Source of the DNA: Candidatus Bathyarchaeota archaeon
GTDB lineage: Archaea > Thermoproteota > Bathyarchaeia > Bathyarchaeales > Bathycorpusculaceae
Direction: 5' to 3'
Assembly: GCA_963772455.1 (NCBI GenBank)
Contig: CAVYXJ010000013.1
Location: 106,315-170,314, forward strand
DNA: 64,000 bases
Below, piece after piece: positions 61,750-64,000 of this stretch (position 1 is the stretch's first letter; every line of letters begins with the position of its first letter). Made by a program: the position numbers and the translations under genes. Under the pieces are notes generated by a model that was not told where the DNA came from, searched no databases, and was given only the letters and a program-made list of their open reading frames with translations.

Positions 61750-63825
61750 ATGAAATTACCAACCATTACCTACCAAAAAGTAGCTCTCTCGCATTTTGGC
61801 GACCTAATTGAGAAGGAATGGTTGATAACCAACGGTTTGGGTAGTTATGCCTCCTCGACGGTTCTTGGGATTAACACGCGGAAATACCATGGATTGCTAG
61901 TTGCTGCTTTGGATCCGCCTGGAAACCACACCGTTTGCCTCTCAAAGCTCGATGAAGATGTATTAGTAGATGATGATGTTTTTAGATTGGGTTCTACTGA
62001 GTTTCATGATGCAATTTATCCTGAAGGATACAAGCTGATTGGGCAATTTTCAATCGCCCCGTTCCCAAAATACAATTATGATTTGGGCAATGTGCAAGTT
62101 AACAAAACGGTTTTTATACCAAAAAACAAGAACATCGTAGTTGTAACATACAAACTAACAAATAGGAATAATTCTGAAGCTAAAGTCAAGATTTATCCTC
62201 TTTTAACATGTAGATATTATCATACAGTGGTCTATCAAAATAAAGTTCCATTGAATTTTACCCTAAAAAGTGAGGGAGCTCTGTTTCAAGTTACTTTTCA
62301 ACGACCCCAAGCCACAATCGTTTGCCGCATATCCGATGGAGAATTCAAAGAAAAAATAAACTGGGTAAACCACATTCATTACCGCGACGAATTGCTACGT
62401 GGCGAAGCAGATGTTGACGATTGTTTCCAGCCTGGATACTTTGAGGTTCAGGTGCCAGCAAATTTGGAAAAAGAATTTGCAGTAACATGTGCCATAAACC
62501 ACGAAAGTCAACAAGCTAACTTAATTTCAGATTCAGTTGGGAGTTCAATCAGCAGCATAAAAAACGCATACTTTCAAGAGTTAAGTCAGAGGAGCAATTT
62601 GCTGGCTGATTATTATCGTAATCACCTCGATGTGCCAATGACCGATTGGCTAAACTGGATACTGCTTGCCGCTGACTCTTTCATTGTAGAAACCGAGCCT
62701 GCTAGAAAAGTCATCATCGCCGGTTACCATTGGTTTGAGTCATGGGGTAGAGACACTTTCATTTCACTACCAGGGCTAACTTTGGTGACTGGAAAATACG
62801 ACGATGCCAAAGACATTCTACAAAATTACATTCATTATTGCAAAAGTGGTCTGATTCCTAATTTTATCTCCGATAAATCAGGCATCCCGGTTTACAATAC
62901 AGTCGACGCAACTTTATGGTATGTTAATTCAGTGGCTCAATACATCAAATACACTGGCGACTTAGGGTTTGTCAAAGATGAGTTGTGGCAGAAACTTCAG
63001 GAAATAATAGAGAACCACCAAAAAGGCACTCTGTTTGGAATCCACTTAGATGCAGATGGCTTGCTTATGCACGGTCCTAGATTAACGTGGATGGATGCCT
63101 CAGTTGGAAACGATGTGATTACGCCTAGGACAGGAAAAGCCGTCGAAATCCAAGCCCTATGGTACAATACACTTCGAATCATGGAGTTGCTCGCGAATAA
63201 ATTTGAGGAATCCACTTTAGCTCAAAAATACGCCGACATGGCAAACCAAACACGGGAGAGTTTTAACGAGAAATTCTGGAACCCCCAAAATGAATGTCTC
63301 TTTGATGTCGTTGAAGATAAGGCTGTGGACGATTCAATTCGACCTAATCAAATATTCGCAGTCTCATCCAACTACACTATGCTTGACCATGAAAAAAGCA
63401 GAAAAGTCGTTGAAACCGTGAACCGTGAGCTTGTAACACCTTATGGGTTGAGAACACTATCTTTGGGTGACTCCAAGTTCATCGGTAAATGTGTAGGTGA
63501 CAGCAGAAGTAGAGACATGGCTTATCATAATGGGACAATTTGGCCTTGGTTACTGGGACCTTTCGTGACAGCATACCTAAAAGTTTACGAGTACTCAGCC
63601 GAATCGAAGCGGCAAACATTGGAAAACTTGGTTCTCCCCCTTTTCACAACTGGAATTCATCAAGGCGGCTTAGGAACAATAAATGAAATCTACGATTGTG
63701 ATCCACCCAACAAACCCAGAGGATGCATATCGCAAGCATGGAGTGTAGCTGAACCCTTGCGTGCTTACATTGAAGATATATTGCAGATTAAACCAAAAAA
63801 TGCCCAAGAATTCGCGGGGATTTAA
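61750..63825 (+). CDS. Archaeal glycogen debranching enzyme (amylo-alpha-1,6-glucosidase)
   Basis: EWLITNGLGSYAS..RKYHGLL, AGY.WF..WGRDT, TWMDA, RPNQ, YHNGTIWPW, QAWS. Confidence 0.93.
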   Translation: MKLPTITYQKVALSHFGDLIEKEWLITNGLGSYASSTVLGINTRKYHGLLVAALDPPGNHTVCLSKLDEDVLVDDDVFRLGSTEFHDAIYPEGYKLIGQFSIAPFPKYNYDLGNVQVNKTVFIPKNKNIVVVTYKLTNRNNSEAKVKIYPLLTCRYYHTVVYQNKVPLNFTLKSEGALFQVTFQRPQATIVCRISDGEFKEKINWVNHIHYRDELLRGEADVDDCFQPGYFEVQVPANLEKEFAVTCAINHESQQANLISDSVGSSISSIKNAYFQELSQRSNLLADYYRNHLDVPMTDWLNWILLAADSFIVETEPARKVIIAGYHWFESWGRDTFISLPGLTLVTGKYDDAKDILQNYIHYCKSGLIPNFISDKSGIPVYNTVDATLWYVNSVAQYIKYTGDLGFVKDELWQKLQEIIENHQKGTLFGIHLDADGLLMHGPRLTWMDASVGNDVITPRTGKAVEIQALWYNTLRIMELLANKFEESTLAQKYADMANQTRESFNEKFWNPQNECLFDVVEDKAVDDSIRPNQIFAVSSNYTMLDHEKSRKVVETVNRELVTPYGLRTLSLGDSKFIGKCVGDSRSRDMAYHNGTIWPWLLGPFVTAYLKVYEYSAESKRQTLENLVLPLFTTGIHQGGLGTINEIYDCDPPNKPRGCISQAWSVAEPLRAYIEDILQIKPKNAQEFAGI

Positions 63826-64000
63826 GTTTTTATTGTTTTTCTAAAGCTTTCTGCTGCGGTTTCAGGCGTTACTGTGTTTATATAGACTCCTGCGCTTTTT
63901 TCAAAGCCTGCCCAGGTGGACAATTTCGGGTAAACCTCCAAATGCCAGTGATAGCTATCTTTGGATTCTGGATTTATTGACATGTGAAATCCGTAATTAT
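63822..64000 (-). CDS. galT: Galactose-1-phosphate uridylyltransferase, 3' end (partial)
   Basis: Manual translation NYGFH..YHWHLEVYPKL..WAGFE..GVYIN.V.PE.AA; truncated by the window edge. Confidence 0.8.
   Translation of the reverse strand, partial: NYGFHMSINPESKDSYHWHLEVYPKLSTWAGFEKSAGVYINTVTPETAAESFRKTIKT

Overview
Archaeal chromosomal window of a low-GC anaerobe. Gene content (fwdDBAC, porGDAB, nfnAB, nop5-fibrillarin, DUF1512, TFS, BHB-intron tRNA, unlinked 5S rRNA) suggests Bathyarchaeia/TACK; this is inference. It holds about 60 CDS, tRNA-Trp(CCA) with an intron, tRNA-Asn(GUU) and a 5S rRNA. No mobile element or CRISPR array was seen. A cluster at about 17-36.7 kb joins formylmethanofuran dehydrogenase, Mo/W-pterin cofactor genes, NfnAB and a selenophosphate synthetase locus. 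The three best candidates for undescribed systems are: (1) an ArsR-HTH/ATP-cone protein fused to a class III ribonucleotide reductase body lacking the glycyl-radical motif and apparently the catalytic cysteines, a candidate nucleotide-sensing pseudoenzyme regulator; (2) a selD + double-cubane-cluster protein + TusA + DsrE + LysR locus with no selenoprotein in view; (3) a ModE-like regulator, a palindromic operator, an ECF S-component and membrane-anchored Cys-less sulfite-oxidase-fold proteins, a candidate pterin-cofactor scavenging system. Nine genes are broken by frameshifts that can all be repaired by removing single extra bases, most likely sequencing error. Family assignments come from motif recognition by eye; no database search was run.
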